Part shown: piece by piece, positions 38,261 to 51,829 of the stretch
How the letters are laid out: each line of letters begins with the position of its first letter
How positions within the stretch are numbered: the stretch's first letter is position 1
Program-made: the position numbers and the translations under genes
The notes under the pieces: generated by a model
What the model saw: only the letters and a program-made list of their open reading frames with translations
Told to the model about the DNA's origin: nothing
Database searches by the model: none
Assembly: GCF_004010195.1 (NCBI RefSeq)
Contig: NC_057718.1
Coordinates: forward strand, 48,920,290 to 48,984,289
Reading direction: 5' to 3'
Length of the DNA stretch: 64,000 nucleotides
DNA from: Chiloscyllium plagiosum
Taxonomy: Eukaryota

Positions 38261-40599
38261 CAAAGTAATTGTGCTAACAGAGTGTACAACCCAAATATTC
38301 TGCTCTGTATCTTATGAGAAATAAACTTGTTTGGCAAAACAAAGCAAGCGCACACAGTACTCCAACAGCTGATTGGTTTGACTGTAGGTTCCATACTTTC
38401 AGTATCAGTCAGCAAGGGCGATACAGAACATCATTGCTAGTGCATTCACGTTTGTGGTTTCAGGGCAGATTTTCAATTTAAAACAAGTATGTCCTCAACC
38501 CTCTCTTCAGCTAGCAATAGTTTTGATAAACTGATCAGACAGGTATATTGAGAAATTCCTTCATCAAACTTTTAGGTTTTTAACAAATATTCCATCAACT
38601 TAGCCATTATTCTTCAACTACCATTGTGATGTTGCTACTGTGAATTTCCTCAAATGGGAGAGGATATTATAATTGTTGGAAATCTAGGGCATATGTACAA
38701 TAAAGCAGAATTTGTCATCAAAAATAATGAGTAAGAATGTACTGTGCAAATTCAGAATTTTCCTTTTTTTTAAATGAATACACTTTGGCATGTCCACTTC
38801 CTCAAACTGGCAGCTGGGACTGTGGAAAATTCTGACCTACATATCCCCTGCCCAAATTACTGTCAATGTTAAGAGCATAACATGGCAGGAAATATGCTCT
38901 ATGCAGTGGGTTAACTTAAGAACACTGGTTCCTATCAGTTAGTTTCCACTATCACATTTTGCTTCAGTGACCTGCTTTAAATTTGTCCAAGTACTTACAT
39001 TGTGGGCATCAAAATATTTGGATATAGGAAAGTTATGACAAAGAGGAGGCCACTTGGTCTATGTACCTATGTCAATAGCAGAGAAGGTATCTGCCTTTAT
39101 TATTTACATTGCTGTAAGTTACAGTACCTTAGCTGTGTAATCAAGTCATTTCTTTTAGCTTGTTTTAAATCTATGCACCCTGGTCATTGACCGCTTTGTT
39201 CAGGTGAACACCTTCCTCTTGCACTCCATCTAAAGCTGCTCATTATTCTATATACCATAATTTGTGGGTGAGTTACTTTGCTCATTTCAGAAATCAACAG
39301 ATTTTTGCATACAAAAGGAATCAAGGGTCATGGAAGTAGTACAAGGAAGTGTTTCTGAGGTAGATAAGTCAGCCACGATGGCATAACAAGTTTTAGCGAG
39401 TGAAGGACCTGTTCCTATTTTGCATGTTTGTGCATTCAACATGGCAACCAAATGTCATAGCTGACTAGTCTTGCAACACTGTTGGAGCAGCAGTTTGGCT
39501 TAGCAGTGATATTTTGACAGGATGGTTTCCTAAGTGTACTAACAAGTTCAAAGATGTAATAAAGCATTATGGTAATCGAGATAAGACAAATTCTCAACTC
39601 TGCATCCATTAGAGTTGAAATGGAACTGGTTTCAGCGGCAGCTGTAGGAAAATGCAAAAACCACATAGGTGAGCCTGGGAAAACAAATCATTTTGATAGC
39701 AAATTAATTATTTGTTTAACTGGATCTACTTGACTTGAGTCTACCAGACCTTTTACAATTCTGCTTGAGATAAAGGAATTGCCAGCTGAGAGTCCTGACA
39801 TCAATCAAAATCTTTTTACTTTCTTTAATAAACTTTTCAAAGAAGCCATCACAGTGCTGAAATTCAGAATGAACTTGTTTTACAACGCACCCATTCCAAC
39901 ATATTGCAGAATTTTGTGTTTTGTCTGAAGCTTGGGGAAATATCCAGTTGCACTATGTTAACTTCTCCAGGTGTTCCAAAGTATGGTCCAGATGAATCAC
40001 TTTTGGTTTAACAAATGCACTTTTAGTTAAATTTATGGACAAATTGGCTCTTTGTAACTCTTTGTTCAAATTGTGTATTTGTTCTTCCCAAGTTTGGCTG
40101 CACACAACCAAATCCTTCTATGTCCTTGTTGGTTAGTCATCAGAAAGTTTCAGTTACATTATTTCTTCCAAAAGGCATGACATTACATTGCCAAAATCTA
40201 TCTGCTTTTACAAAAGCTATTAATCAATAGGACTTTTGCTGAAAAACACATATTGTTGAAGCTTTTCATCTTGGAGTCATTAGGACAATTCACAGAAAAT
40301 TAATTCAACTGGAAAATATTATTTATACTGCATGAAAGGCTGATTGGTTGGCAAGTGAAATCTGATTGGTTGAGGTAATGCTGTGGAGAATGCACCAATT
40401 AATGATAATTGACAAATTAGCAGCCAGGCTTTTACAAATCTTAAACAGACAGGTTGACTCTGATTGGTCAAGGCATTATCCTGAGAAATAAATCAGTGTT
40501 GAGCTGCAAGACACAGTGCGTGCATGTGTTTTTTCTGTCTGTAAAGAACAGGGTGCTGTGTATTGATATTTGTAGCTTCCATTATTTACAACTTAAGAC

Positions 40600-41465
40600 A
40601 TCCACTTCAGACTTCTATTTATTGACTTTAGTTTTGCCTTCAACACCATAATTTCAAAAAAAACTCATCTCCAAACTCCAAGACCTAGGGGTCTGTTCCC
40701 TCCTCTGTAACTGGATTCTCGACTTCTTAACCCAAAGACCGCAATCAGTAAGGATGGCAACACCTCCTCCCCAATAATCTTCAACACTGGTGCCCTACAA
40801 GGCTACTTACTCAGTCCCTTACTATACTCCTTATATACTCATGACTGCATGGCCTAAATCAGCTGTAAATCCATTTACAAATTTGCGGAAGACACAAATG
40901 GGTCGAATCTCAAACAACGGCAAGACAGAATACAGAAAAGAGATAGAAAGCTTAGTGCCAATGTGTAAAAATGACAATCTATTCCTCAAAGTCATCGAAA
41001 TGCAGGAACAGGTCATCAACCTTCATGAAGTGAAGTGGAGGACATGCCCCTGTTTGTATCAATGGTTCTGAGATGGAAATGGCCAAGAGCTTCAAGTTCC
41101 ACGAAGTAAATATCACTAACAATCTGTCCTGATCCAGCCACGTCAATTCTACGGTCAAGAAAGCACACCAACTCCTCTACTTCTTCAGAAGGCTAAGGAA
41201 ATTTGGCATGTTCGCAATAATGTTTGCCAATTTTTATAGATGCACCATAAAAAGCATCCTATCTGGATGCATCACAGCTTGGTATGGCAACTGCTCTGCC
41301 CAAAACTGCAAGAAATTACAGAGGGTTGTAAACTCAGCCCTGTACATCATGAAAACCAGCCTTACTTCCATTGACTCCGTTAACACTTCCTACTATCCCA
41401 GAAAAGCAAGCAACATAACCAAAGACCCTTCCCACTCTGGTTATAGTCTCTTCCACCCTCTTGTG
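40600..41465 (+). mobile_element. Rex1/Babar-type LINE RT 3' region
   Basis: [22 protein letters not shown] and FYRCTIKSILSGCITAWYGNCSAQ motifs. Confidence 0.85.
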
Positions 41466-41856
41466 ACTCCCATGGACATCCTACACTGGTGCCCATGGGA
41501 GTCCGGCTGAGCTCTGGCTGTTTCTATTTTGCACAAACATTGCAGCAAGTGTTTCTTCCAAGTGCCTATATGTGTCACATCGGAATGCTATCATGAATTT
41601 TTCAAGGTAGTCTTAGTTGCATTTGTTGGTTCTTGTTGAACTATGGTATCTTTATCAAGACAGTATGATCTGTAAATAACAAGCATATTTTAAGAAGGCC
41701 TAAAAATTCATAGTGATAGTGAATAATCAGCTTGATACATAATGACTATGCATGTTTGAATGCAATTGCCTCACACTGAACTCTGATGAAAAGTTCTATC
41801 AGGTGATTTTTTTACGAGCCCATTTTTTAATTGTATAATTGTATAATTTTTAATCA

Positions 41857-42168
41857 GGCGGCACGGTGTGGCACAGTGATTAGCACTGCTGCCTCACAGT
41901 GTCAGAGACCTGGGTTCAATTCCCGCCTCGGGCAACTGTCTGTGCGGAGTTTGCACATTCTCCCCGTGTCTGCGTGGGTTTCCTCCGGGTGCTCCAGTTT
42001 CTCTCACAGTCCAAAGATGTACAGGTTAGGTGAATTGGCCATGCTAAATTGCCTGTAGTGTTAGGTGAAGGGGTAAATGTAGGGGAATGGGTCTGGGTGG
42101 GTTGTCCTTCGGAGGGTCGGTGTGGATTTGTTGGGCCGAAGAGCCTGTTTCACACGGTAAGTAATCTA
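41857..42168 (+). mobile_element. HE1-type SINE, full length
   Basis: ggcggcacggtgtggcacagtg head, ggttcaattcc B box, gtaatctaa tail. Confidence 0.92.
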
Positions 42169-42639
42169 AACTACTCATAAATGGAAATCACAAAATGTAA
42201 TTTTGAAAATTCATCCTTAAAAATTCTGAAATTTGTTTAAATATAAAGATTATACTGCTTTCTGTTTGAATTTCTTGAGCCCCTGAAGAACATAGATGCA
42301 CCACTAACTCCACGGCATGCCATTAGGAGCTCAAACACATCTCCTGATAGGCAGCCTGGCAGTTCCTCTAAGGGATAATTTGTGTTGCTCAGACTGATAT
42401 GAACAAACCCTTCCCATCAAGGAATATGAATGTGCACCCATGTTGAGACACCTTTATATCACACCGCAGTTCCTTCACTGTCCCATGAAGAACTGGAGAC
42501 TACCAAACAGAGAATCATGTTTTGCTTTTAAGTGAATGATTCCAAACATCCAATTTAAAAATGAACTCACATAATGTTTGAATAGTATGAATTTTATAGC
42601 TTTCCATTCTATCAAAAATGTAAGTGATTATATATATAA

Positions 42640-43286
42640 TGTTATGGACTACACCATACTCCCTCAAAATATATTTAGAAGATAGCCTAAATCTTAACTT
42701 TTTATTTTGAAGACAAGTGCCAGGGGTTATGTTATGGATGCAATTTGATTGATTGAGCTACCAGTCTTGAAGCAAAAGACATTTTATTCATACACTTAGT
42801 TAAAATACAACAGAAGAAAGAAAAAATTGTAATAATATAACTCAATTGAAAAATTTAACAGAATACTAACTACTAAACAATAACTGTTCCAAAATAGCAA
42901 CATCCCATAAACACACCTTTGTGGCAAAGACAAATTCAATAAAATGAATTGTCTCACATGTAATTCTCCAGTCCGGGTGGAAAAACATCAAGAGAAAACT
43001 TTGAGAGAGAGAGTAACAGGAAGTGATGTATTGTAGTTTTCAAAACCAGCTTCAAGGCCCCAGCAACAGCTACTGAAAAATTAAAACTAAACGTCCTGGT
43101 TCGCTGGGAGCTTGACCCCACCCATTCAGGCTTCTTCTATTATTCCAACTTTTTTTAAAGCCCCAAAGGCCTCACCAACTGTTTACTTTATAGGGTCTGT
43201 GTAGATCATTTGACACTCTGTCTCAAGCTTTCTTTATAAAAAACACTAGGACAAAATACAACCCTTAAAGCTGTAGTTCTGTCACA
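42640..43286 (-). mobile_element. Solo LTR related to 18319-18938
   Basis: TGTTA..TCACA termini. Both ends match the reverse complement of the Gypsy 3' LTR. Flanks ataa and ttaa may be a 4-bp TSD with one mismatch. Confidence 0.8.
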
Positions 43287-43289
43287 TTA

Positions 43290-44310
43290 ATGTTCCTCAT
43301 GGGAGGTTAGTGGGCAAAATTAAAACACATGGAATTGGGTAACATATTGGCATGGATTGAGAATTAGTTGACAGACACGGAACACAGAGTGTTACTGAGT
43401 GGGTCCTTCTTTGAGTCGCTAGTTGTGACTAGTAAGGTAATACTTCAGCCCCAGCTATTCACAATAATAATGAATAATCTGGACGAGGGAACCAAATGCA
43501 ACATTTCCAAATTTGCTAAAGGCACAAAACTGTTGTGAAGAGTTAGCAAGGAGCTTTCAAGGTAATTCAGACAAAATGTGAGTGAGCAAATATATGGCAA
43601 ATGCACATCATGGGTAAATGTGAAAATCAAGCAGGCAGAGTATTATTTAAATGGTGATATATTAAGAAATGTGGACACAGAAGGGAATCTGTGTTCCTTG
43701 TATACCAGTCAATGGAATTAGGTGCAGGAAGCAGCTAAAAAGGTAAACCTTATAATTGTTTTCACTACAAAAAGATTTGAGGACAGAAGTAGGGATGTCT
43801 TACTGCAGTTATGCAGGGCTTTGGTAAGACCACACCTAGAAAACTGCATGCATTTTTGGTCTCCCTGCCTAAGATGGGATATATTTACCATAGAGGAGAG
43901 GTTCACTGAGCTGATACTGAAGATGGTAGTTGTCCTACAAAGATTAATTCATTAGAAGGATGAAAGGAACCTGATTGAAATGTATACAATTCTAATAGAC
44001 CTGGAAAGACTAAATGCAGTGAAAACATTTGTTTTCAGGGACTTTTCACAATCTCAGGACACAGGATGGGCCATTTAAGATTAAAATGAGAAAAGATATC
44101 TTCACTGTAAGAATAGTGATTCTATGGAATTCAATACCAGAGCAGTCAATGGAAGCCAAGTTATTGAATATATCCAATGAATAAGTAGATACAGTTTTCG
44201 ATTTAAAGGGGAGAAAGTGGGAACAAGGTACAATGATAGAGGATTAGACATGATCGTAGTGAATAGCAAGGACTGAAAACTTACTCCTGCTCATGGTTTC
44301 TATATTTCTA
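43290..44310 (+). mobile_element. Old CR1 LINE fragment
   Basis: LLQLCRALVRPHLENCMHFWSP, a KFA motif and a tttctatatttcta tail. Confidence 0.85.
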
Positions 44311-45588
44311 GATTTACTTTTACCAAACATGCAACAATTCAGAATAACAGTATCTTTTAAAACCTGTTAAAATTATATCTTAAAATCAAATTTCCTGACT
44401 TGTAGTGGACTTAAAATATACTGGTAGAAAATTTTACCCAGGTTGGGAACAGAATTACTTGAGATTTTTTCTGAAATTTCTATAAACCTGTGAACATTAA
44501 TGATGGTATTATGTCCAAATATTAGAAACTTTTCCTTATGTCAGAAAAGAGAACTGCAACAAATAGGTCACTTGTGAACTGTATGTTGATTGAAGCTTGC
44601 AGAATTTTATAATCACAATGTCAAAGTACTATGTTTATTGTAGAATGTTTATCTCTTAAGTATGTAGTTTTGCAGTCACACACATCACGCATGCTTAAAG
44701 AACTGATTGATATATCTTGTCATACATTTGCAAATAATCATTTACTCTTGTAAAAGGATTAATTAACTTGCATTCTTCATGACATATTGAAGTCTAGTCA
44801 GCCTTATTGGTAGTTCAAGTCCAAAACTACCCATCATTGCAAATAACAAGGGAGTTCTGTGTGATTTATGGTAATTAACAACTTCACTGCTGTTCATACA
44901 GTTGTATATACTGGCAGATTAGTTCTTTATCACTATATTGATTCAACAGATGTCTAAATGCTCTCCAACTTGGTTTTGACACTGAGATGTTCTGTTTCCA
45001 TGTTCTGTATTGTGCTTTTTGCAATGGCATCATTCAGTGTCTTTTAAAATGGCCATCCTAGTGTTAAATCACAGTTTACATACTCAAACGTAATGCCTTA
45101 AGTTATTGCTGAACAAAACATTGCAGGATTGTTTTGACCTTGCGTGATAGCACGAAATTGTGATTGAGTCAGTAGCCTGATCTACAACTCTCATTTTTTA
45201 TGTCTGCAATAAAAGTTAGGAGAGATATAAAATGGGCTGCTGATTCACTATCATCTGTTTTACACTAATGGACAAAGTCAGATCTGCCCCTAATGAGTGG
45301 AAGTTTAAGACAGACCTATGACAGTACTTGGTAAAAACAATGACTGCGGATGCTGAAAACCAGAGTCTATATTAGACTGGTGCTGGAAAAGCACAGCAGG
45401 TCAGGCAGCATCTGAGGATCAGTAAAATCGACGTTTCGGGCAAAAGCCCTTCATCAGAATACAGGCAGAATGCCTGAAAGGTGGAGAGATAAGTAAGAGA
45501 AGGATGGGGTTGGGGAGAAAGTAGCATAGAGTACAATAGTTGAGTGGGGGAGGGGATGAAGGTGATAGGTCAGGGGGGACGGTGGAGT

Positions 45589-45697
45589 NNNNNNNNNNNN
45601 NNNNNNNNNNNNNNNNNNNNNNNNNNNNNNNNNNNNNNNNNNNNNNNNNNNNNNNNNNNNNNNNNNNNNNNNNNNNNNNNNNNNNNNNNNNNNNNNN
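45589..45697. other. Assembly gap (109 N)
   Basis: Run of n. Confidence 1.
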
Positions 45698-46619
45698 GCG
45701 GTGAAGGAGGCCCAGGACCTCCATGTCCTCGGCAGAGTGGGAGGGGGAGTTGAAATGTTGGGCCACGGGGCGGTGTGGTTGATTGGTGCGGGTGTCCGAG
45801 AGATGTTCCCTAAAGCACTCTACTAGGACGCGTCCAGTCTCCCCAGTGTAGAGGAGACCGCATCGGGAACAACGGATACAATAAATGATATTGGTGGATG
45901 TGCAGGTAAAACGTTGATGGATGTGGAAGGCTCCTTTAGGGCCTTGGATGGAGGTGAGGGAGGAGGTGTGGGCGCAGATTTTGTAATTCCTGCGGTAGCA
46001 GGGGAAGGTGCCAGGATGAGGGTGCATTGTAGGGGGGTGTGGACCTGACCAGGTTGTCACGGAGGGAATGGTCTTTGCGGAAAGGGAAAGGGGTGGGGAG
46101 GGAAATATATCCCTGGTGATGGGGTCCATTTGGAGGTGGTGGAAATGTCAGTGGATGATTGGTTTATGCGAAGGTTGGTAGGGTAGAAGGTGAGCACCAG
46201 GGGCATTCTGTCCTTGTTACAGTTGGAGGGGTGAGGTCTGAGGGCAGAGGTGCGGGATGTGGATGAGATGCGTTGGAGGGCATCTTTAACCACATGGGAA
46301 GGGAAATTGCAGTCTCTAAAGAAGGAGGCCATCTGGTGTGTTCTGTGGTGGAACTGGTCCTCCTGGGAGCAGATACGGCGGAGGCGGAGGAATTGGGAAT
46401 ATGGGATGGCATTTTTGCAGGAGGTAGGGTGGGAAGAGATATAAGCCAGGTAGCTGTGGGAGTCGGGTTTGTAAAAAATGTCGGTGTCAAGTCGGTCGTC
46501 ATTAATGGAGATGGAGAGGGCCAGGAAGGGGAGGGAGATGTCAGAGATGGTCCAGGTAAATTTAAGGTCAGGGTGGAATGTGCTAGTGAAGTTAATGAAT
46601 TACTCAACCTCCTCGCGGG

Positions 46620-46669
46620 NNNNNNNNNNNNNNNNNNNNNNNNNNNNNNNNNNNNNNNNNNNNNNNNNN
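46620..46669. other. Assembly gap (50 N)
   Basis: Run of n. Confidence 1.
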
Positions 46670-49009
46670 TCGAACGTATGTGGGGAGTTCCTGGACTAGG
46701 GGGGATAGGACAGTGTTGAGGTAGGTAGAAATGAGTTCAGTGGAGCAGGAGCATGCTGAGACAATGAGTCGGCCAGGATGGTCAGACTTGTAGATCTTGG
46801 GAAGGAGGTAGAACCGGGCAGAGCGGGCTTCCCGGACTATGAGGTTGGAAGCAGTGGGTGGGAGATCTCCTGATGTGATGAGGTTCTGTATGGTTCTGGG
46901 AGATGATGGTTTAGTGGTGGGGGGTGGGGTCATGGTCGAGGGGGCGGTAGGAAGAGGTGTCCTTGAGTTGGCTTTTGGCTTCAGCGGTGTAGAGGTCAGT
47001 GCGCCAGACTACCACTGTGCCCCCTTTATCTGCTGGCTTGATGGTGAAGTTGGGATTGGACCAAAGGGATTGGAGTGCTGTGTGTTGTGAGGTTGAAAGG
47101 TTGGAGTGGGGGAATGGGGTAGATAGGTTGAGGCGGTTAATGTCCCGGCGACAGTTGGAAATGAAGAGGTCGAGGGCAGGTAATAGGCCAGCATGGGGTG
47201 TCCAGGTGGATGCAGTGTGTTGGAGGTAGGCAAAGGGGTCCTCAGAAGGTGGGCAGGAGTCCTGATTGTGAAAGTAAGCTCGGAGGCGGAGGCGGCGGAA
47301 GAAGTGTTCGACCTCACGGCGTGTATTAATTTCATTGATGCGTGGGCGGAGGCGGATGAAGGTGAGTCCTTTGCTGAGGACTGATTGTTTGTCCTCAGTG
47401 AGGGGGAGGTCAGGGGGAATGGTGAAAACACCTTCCACCGACACTCTCATTCGTTTGGCTGAACTGGTCCTCACCCTTAAGGATTTCTCCTTCGAATCCT
47501 CCCACTTCCTCCAGACCAAAGGGGTAGCCATTGGCACCTGGATGGTCCCCAGCTATGCCTGTCTCTTTGTTGGCTACGTAGAACAGTCCATCTTCCGTAA
47601 TTACACTGGCACCACTCCCCACCTCTTCCTCCGCTACATTGATGACCGCATTGGCGCCAACTCGTGGTCCCGCAAGGAAGTTGAGCAATTCATTAACTTC
47701 ACCAACACATTCCACCCTGACCTTAAATTTACCTGGACCATCTCTGACACCTCCCTCCCCTTCCTGGACCTCTCCATCTCCATTCATGATGACCGACTTG
47801 ACACCAACATTTTTTTACAAACCCACCGACTTCCACAGCTTCCTGGATTACACCAGACGCATGGAGGAAGAACGCCTCATCTTCTGGCTCGGAGCACTTC
47901 AACCCCAGGGCATCAATGTGGACTTCGACAGTTTCCTCATTTCCCCTTCCCCCACCTCACCCCAGTTCTAAACTTCCAGCTCAGCAGTGTCCCCATGATG
48001 TGTCCTACCTGCCTATCTTCTTTTCCACCTATCCACTCCACCCACCCCCCTGACCTATCACCTTCATCCCCTCCCCCACTCAACTATTGTACTCTATGCT
48101 ACTTTCTCCCCAACCCCACCCTCCTCTCATTTATCTCTCCACCTTTCAGGCACTCTGCCTGTATTCCTGATGAAGGGCTTTTGCCTGAAACGTCGATTTT
48201 ACTGCTCTATGACAGTACTTGTTTTGTATTGTTCATTAAGGTTCTGTGATAGATTAGCTTACTCAGGGATCTTTGTATTCTCCAATTCTGAGAATTTGCC
48301 TATCCTAATTTTGGCAGCCACACCTTCAGCTGCTTTGGCCTGAAGCTCTGGAATTACCATGCCAGCTCTCTCTCTCTGCCTCGGTAGCTTTCTCTCCCCC
48401 AATAATATCTGAAATGACTTAGGTCCTTCACCAAGTTTTAGACCATCGAGCCTAATATCTTCTTTTTGGCTCAATGTCAAAGTTTGTGTTATAAACCCTC
48501 CTGTGAGTGTCTTAGGAAGATTTGCTATGTTAGAAGTACCATATAATTACAAATTGTTGTAATTCATTTCTGATATTTGCAATATTTATGGAAAGACATT
48601 TATAGAAATAGCATAAGTAATTTCAGTAACTCCCCATCACCTTTTCAAAGACAACACAGGGTGGGCAATAAATGCTGGCTCAGCGAGTGATGCCCACATC
48701 CACCAATAGTTGCATAAAAAGGAATAACAATGCATAGATTCCCCTGGGAGGAAATTAATCATTCATATGACAGTGCCATCCAGGCCATATGGTGTCTTTA
48801 TTCTGTGTTGCATTTGTTGGTCTCAACTAGAGCAGCATTAAGAGCATTGTAATCAATCTCAATTTCTGGTATAGGAATATACAAAATGAAAATGGCTAGG
48901 TCCCATTTCTGATTATTTTCTTGTGGCCAAGTTAGAAACAGAATATGGGGTCAGATGATCAGATCAGAGGACAGGCTGAATTGATTGTAATGTACCCATG
49001 GTTGAGTAT

Positions 49010-49737
49010 TAGAGTCCTGGAGTCAAAGCGATGTACAGCACGGAAACAGACCCTTCGGTCCAACTCGTCTATGCTGACCAGATATCCCAACCCAATCTAG
49101 TCCCACCTGCCAGCACCTGGCCCACATCCCTCCAAATCCCTCCTATTCATGTACCCATCCAGATGCCTTTTAAATGTTACAATTGTACTAGCCTCCATCA
49201 TTTCGTCTGGCAGCTCATTCCATTCACGTACCGCCCTCTCACCCTAAACCTATGCCCTCTAGTTCTGGACTCCCTCACCCCAGGGAAAAGACTTTGCCTA
49301 TTTATCCTATCCATGTCCATCATGATTTTGTAAACCTCTATAAGGTCACCCCTCAGCCTCTGATGCTCCAGGGAAAACAGCCATAGCCTATTTAACCTCT
49401 GTCTTTAGCTCAAATCCTCCAACCCTGGCAACCCCCTTGTAAATCTTTTCTGAACGCTTTCAAGTTTCACAACATCTTTCCGATAGGAAGGAGACCAGAA
49501 TTGCATGCAATATTCCAACAGTGGCCTAACCAATGTCCTGTATAGCCGCAACATGACATCCCAACTCCTTTACTCAATACTCTGACCAAAAAGAAAAGCA
49601 TACCAAACGTCTTCTTCACTATCCTATCTATCTGCAATTCCACTTTCAAGGAGCTATGAACCTGCACTCCAAGGTCTCTTTGTTCAGCAACACTCCCTAA
49701 GACCTTACCATTAAGTGTATAAGTCCTGCTAAGATAT
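49010..49737 (-). mobile_element. CR1 LINE 3' fragment
   Basis: RTYTLNGKVLGSVAEQRDLGVQVHSSLKV. Similar to 22290-23040. Confidence 0.92.
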
Positions 49738-50874
49738 TTAATGCCTTCTGTAACACAGCAATGACCACCTGCATGAAATAACAGCCAATGACTGGGCTCC
49801 AAGTAGACTTAATACTTTCAGGAAAAGAGAGGTGAAACTGGACTTCCATTTGTTGTTATGTCTTCTTTTGTACCACATTTTATTTTCAAATAGGAGATGG
49901 GACTATGCTATTGTGTTCAAATGTTTGTAGTGTGAAGGAATCTGTGGTGAAATGTGCACAAAGTGAATTCCAATATTTAATTACATAATAATACGAAAAT
50001 GGGAAAAGAATCACATTTAAAGCATATGCCTAATGATGAATATATAATCAGAAACCAACAGAGATAGAAATTGGCATGATGTGTTTGAAACAGCTATTTC
50101 AATAGCCACTTAATGGGGTACATGTAATTATTTAATAAAATTATTTGCAAAAGTCAGTTATTATTGTGTTGGGAAAACATTTTCCATGGTTTTGTGGATC
50201 AGGTACAAGTTTTTTACTTGATGCTTGGTTGTATTTGTTTTGAATGCAAACTGTTAATGATTATCAGTTTTGATATATATTAGTGAACTGTTTTTAACAA
50301 ATGAATATAAATTGCTTTATCTATTTAACAGAGAGACACTTATTTCCTAAGTTAATGAGCGCCCAGTGGAAACATAGCAACTATTAATATCCTATGATAG
50401 CTTCAATAGAAGATCAGTTGAAACCCCAGAGAAATGACTATTTTCTCTGAAAATTCTGTGTATCCCCTGCCAAGGTTATAGTGGGAGACTGTTAGTAGCA
50501 TCACAGAGTTTCAGGAATAGATCCTCCCGTTTGTGTTGATGTGAGTATAAAGCCATTACCCTCTCCTTCAATGGAGCAACAGACGTCCTCAACACACGAA
50601 AGAAACTGTCAACCCAATGGAGTAAATAAGCTCCATGGTTCACCTTAAAGAGTATAATTGAGGGTACTGCTGTCTGACGTCATTGCTCATAGCTGAAGTT
50701 CAGATACCAGAATGTTTGTTTGGATCGATGCAATCATGTGCAAATGTCCTTCCTGGCTGTCTGTAGTTAAGTGACCTATGCCTATCGCTTACTGCAGGCA
50801 GCCACCTTACAGGTAGTTACAATGAGGGAAATGTGCAAATGGCACTGTACTTATTGAATTCGTAAGTCAATAAG

Positions 50875-51260
50875 AAATGACAGGAAAAGTGGAGAGAGCA
50901 GTTAGTAAAGCATGCAATATCCTCAGTTTTATTAATACTAGCATGGAACTCAAGAGCAAGAAGATAATGCTGAACTTGTATAAGACATTATTTCGGTCTC
51001 AGTTGGAATGTTGTGTCCAGTTCTGGATGACACACTTAAGGAAGGACGTGAACACATAGGAGAGAATCAGAAGAAGTTCCAGGGATGAGGAAAAGAGGAC
51101 AGATTGGAGACATTGGGACTGTTTCTCTTGGAAAGGAGAAGCTAAGAGGAGATTTGAGTAAAGGTTTCAAAATCATTGGAGTTCCAGACACAGTATACTG
51201 TATAGGGAAAAACAATTCCTATTTATAAAAGAATTAAGAGTGATGGGCAAAGGTTTGAAG
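50875..51260 (+). mobile_element. Old CR1 fragment
   Basis: MLNLYKTLFRSQLECCVQFW. Confidence 0.8.
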
Positions 51261-51829
51261 TGTAATGGTCCAAGCTGCTGTTACCGCTGGACAAATATGA
51301 TACCTGAATGAAATCTGCCTTGAAAAATCATAGGCTCTTTCGTTATATTTAGAATGATAATAATTCAGTAAAACATAGTCACACAAAGCTGCAGATTTAC
51401 GTTAAGAATTAAGCAGAAGTTTATTAGACAAAATAAAATCAAATAAAATAAGATAAACTGAGCTATCTAAATATAAAAACGCAGTTTGAAAGATCTTAAA
51501 ATATACAGCAAAACAAAGTTTCATCTATTCCCCAACATCATCATGTTATAGGTATTTAAATCCAGATAAATTTATGCTTCTATATCAAACCATAACTATT
51601 TCTCTTCAGTTTATTGTTCTGTCAACTGCAAAGTCATCAGCTCAGTACCACATCCTGGATTATTTCACAGTTCAACTGAAACTTTCAAGAGAAAATGAGA
51701 TGATTATTTGATTAGAAACACTGTGCAAGATTACAAGGAAAAGGGAGGAGAAAATCAATGAGTAATAATGCTCCCATTTACATTAGCGACCCTCTGACAC
51801 TTTACATCAGTTTCGGAATTTCCAATTTG

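Larger units (their letters stand above)
45331..48206 (-). mobile_element. Penelope-like element with inverted segment (47421-48206 on plus) and 15-bp TSD
   Basis: TSD ctatgacagtacttg at 45316-45330 and 48207-48221. Minus strand has SVLSKGLTF, PADKGG, FYLLPKIYK and NIIYCIRC..YTGETGR. Plus strand has QTKGVAIGT..LRYIDD. Confidence 0.93.

Noticed and set aside
47335..48249. Longest ORF (304 aa) as a novel protein
   Set aside because: It crosses an inversion junction, a frameshift and a deletion within Penelope sequence.
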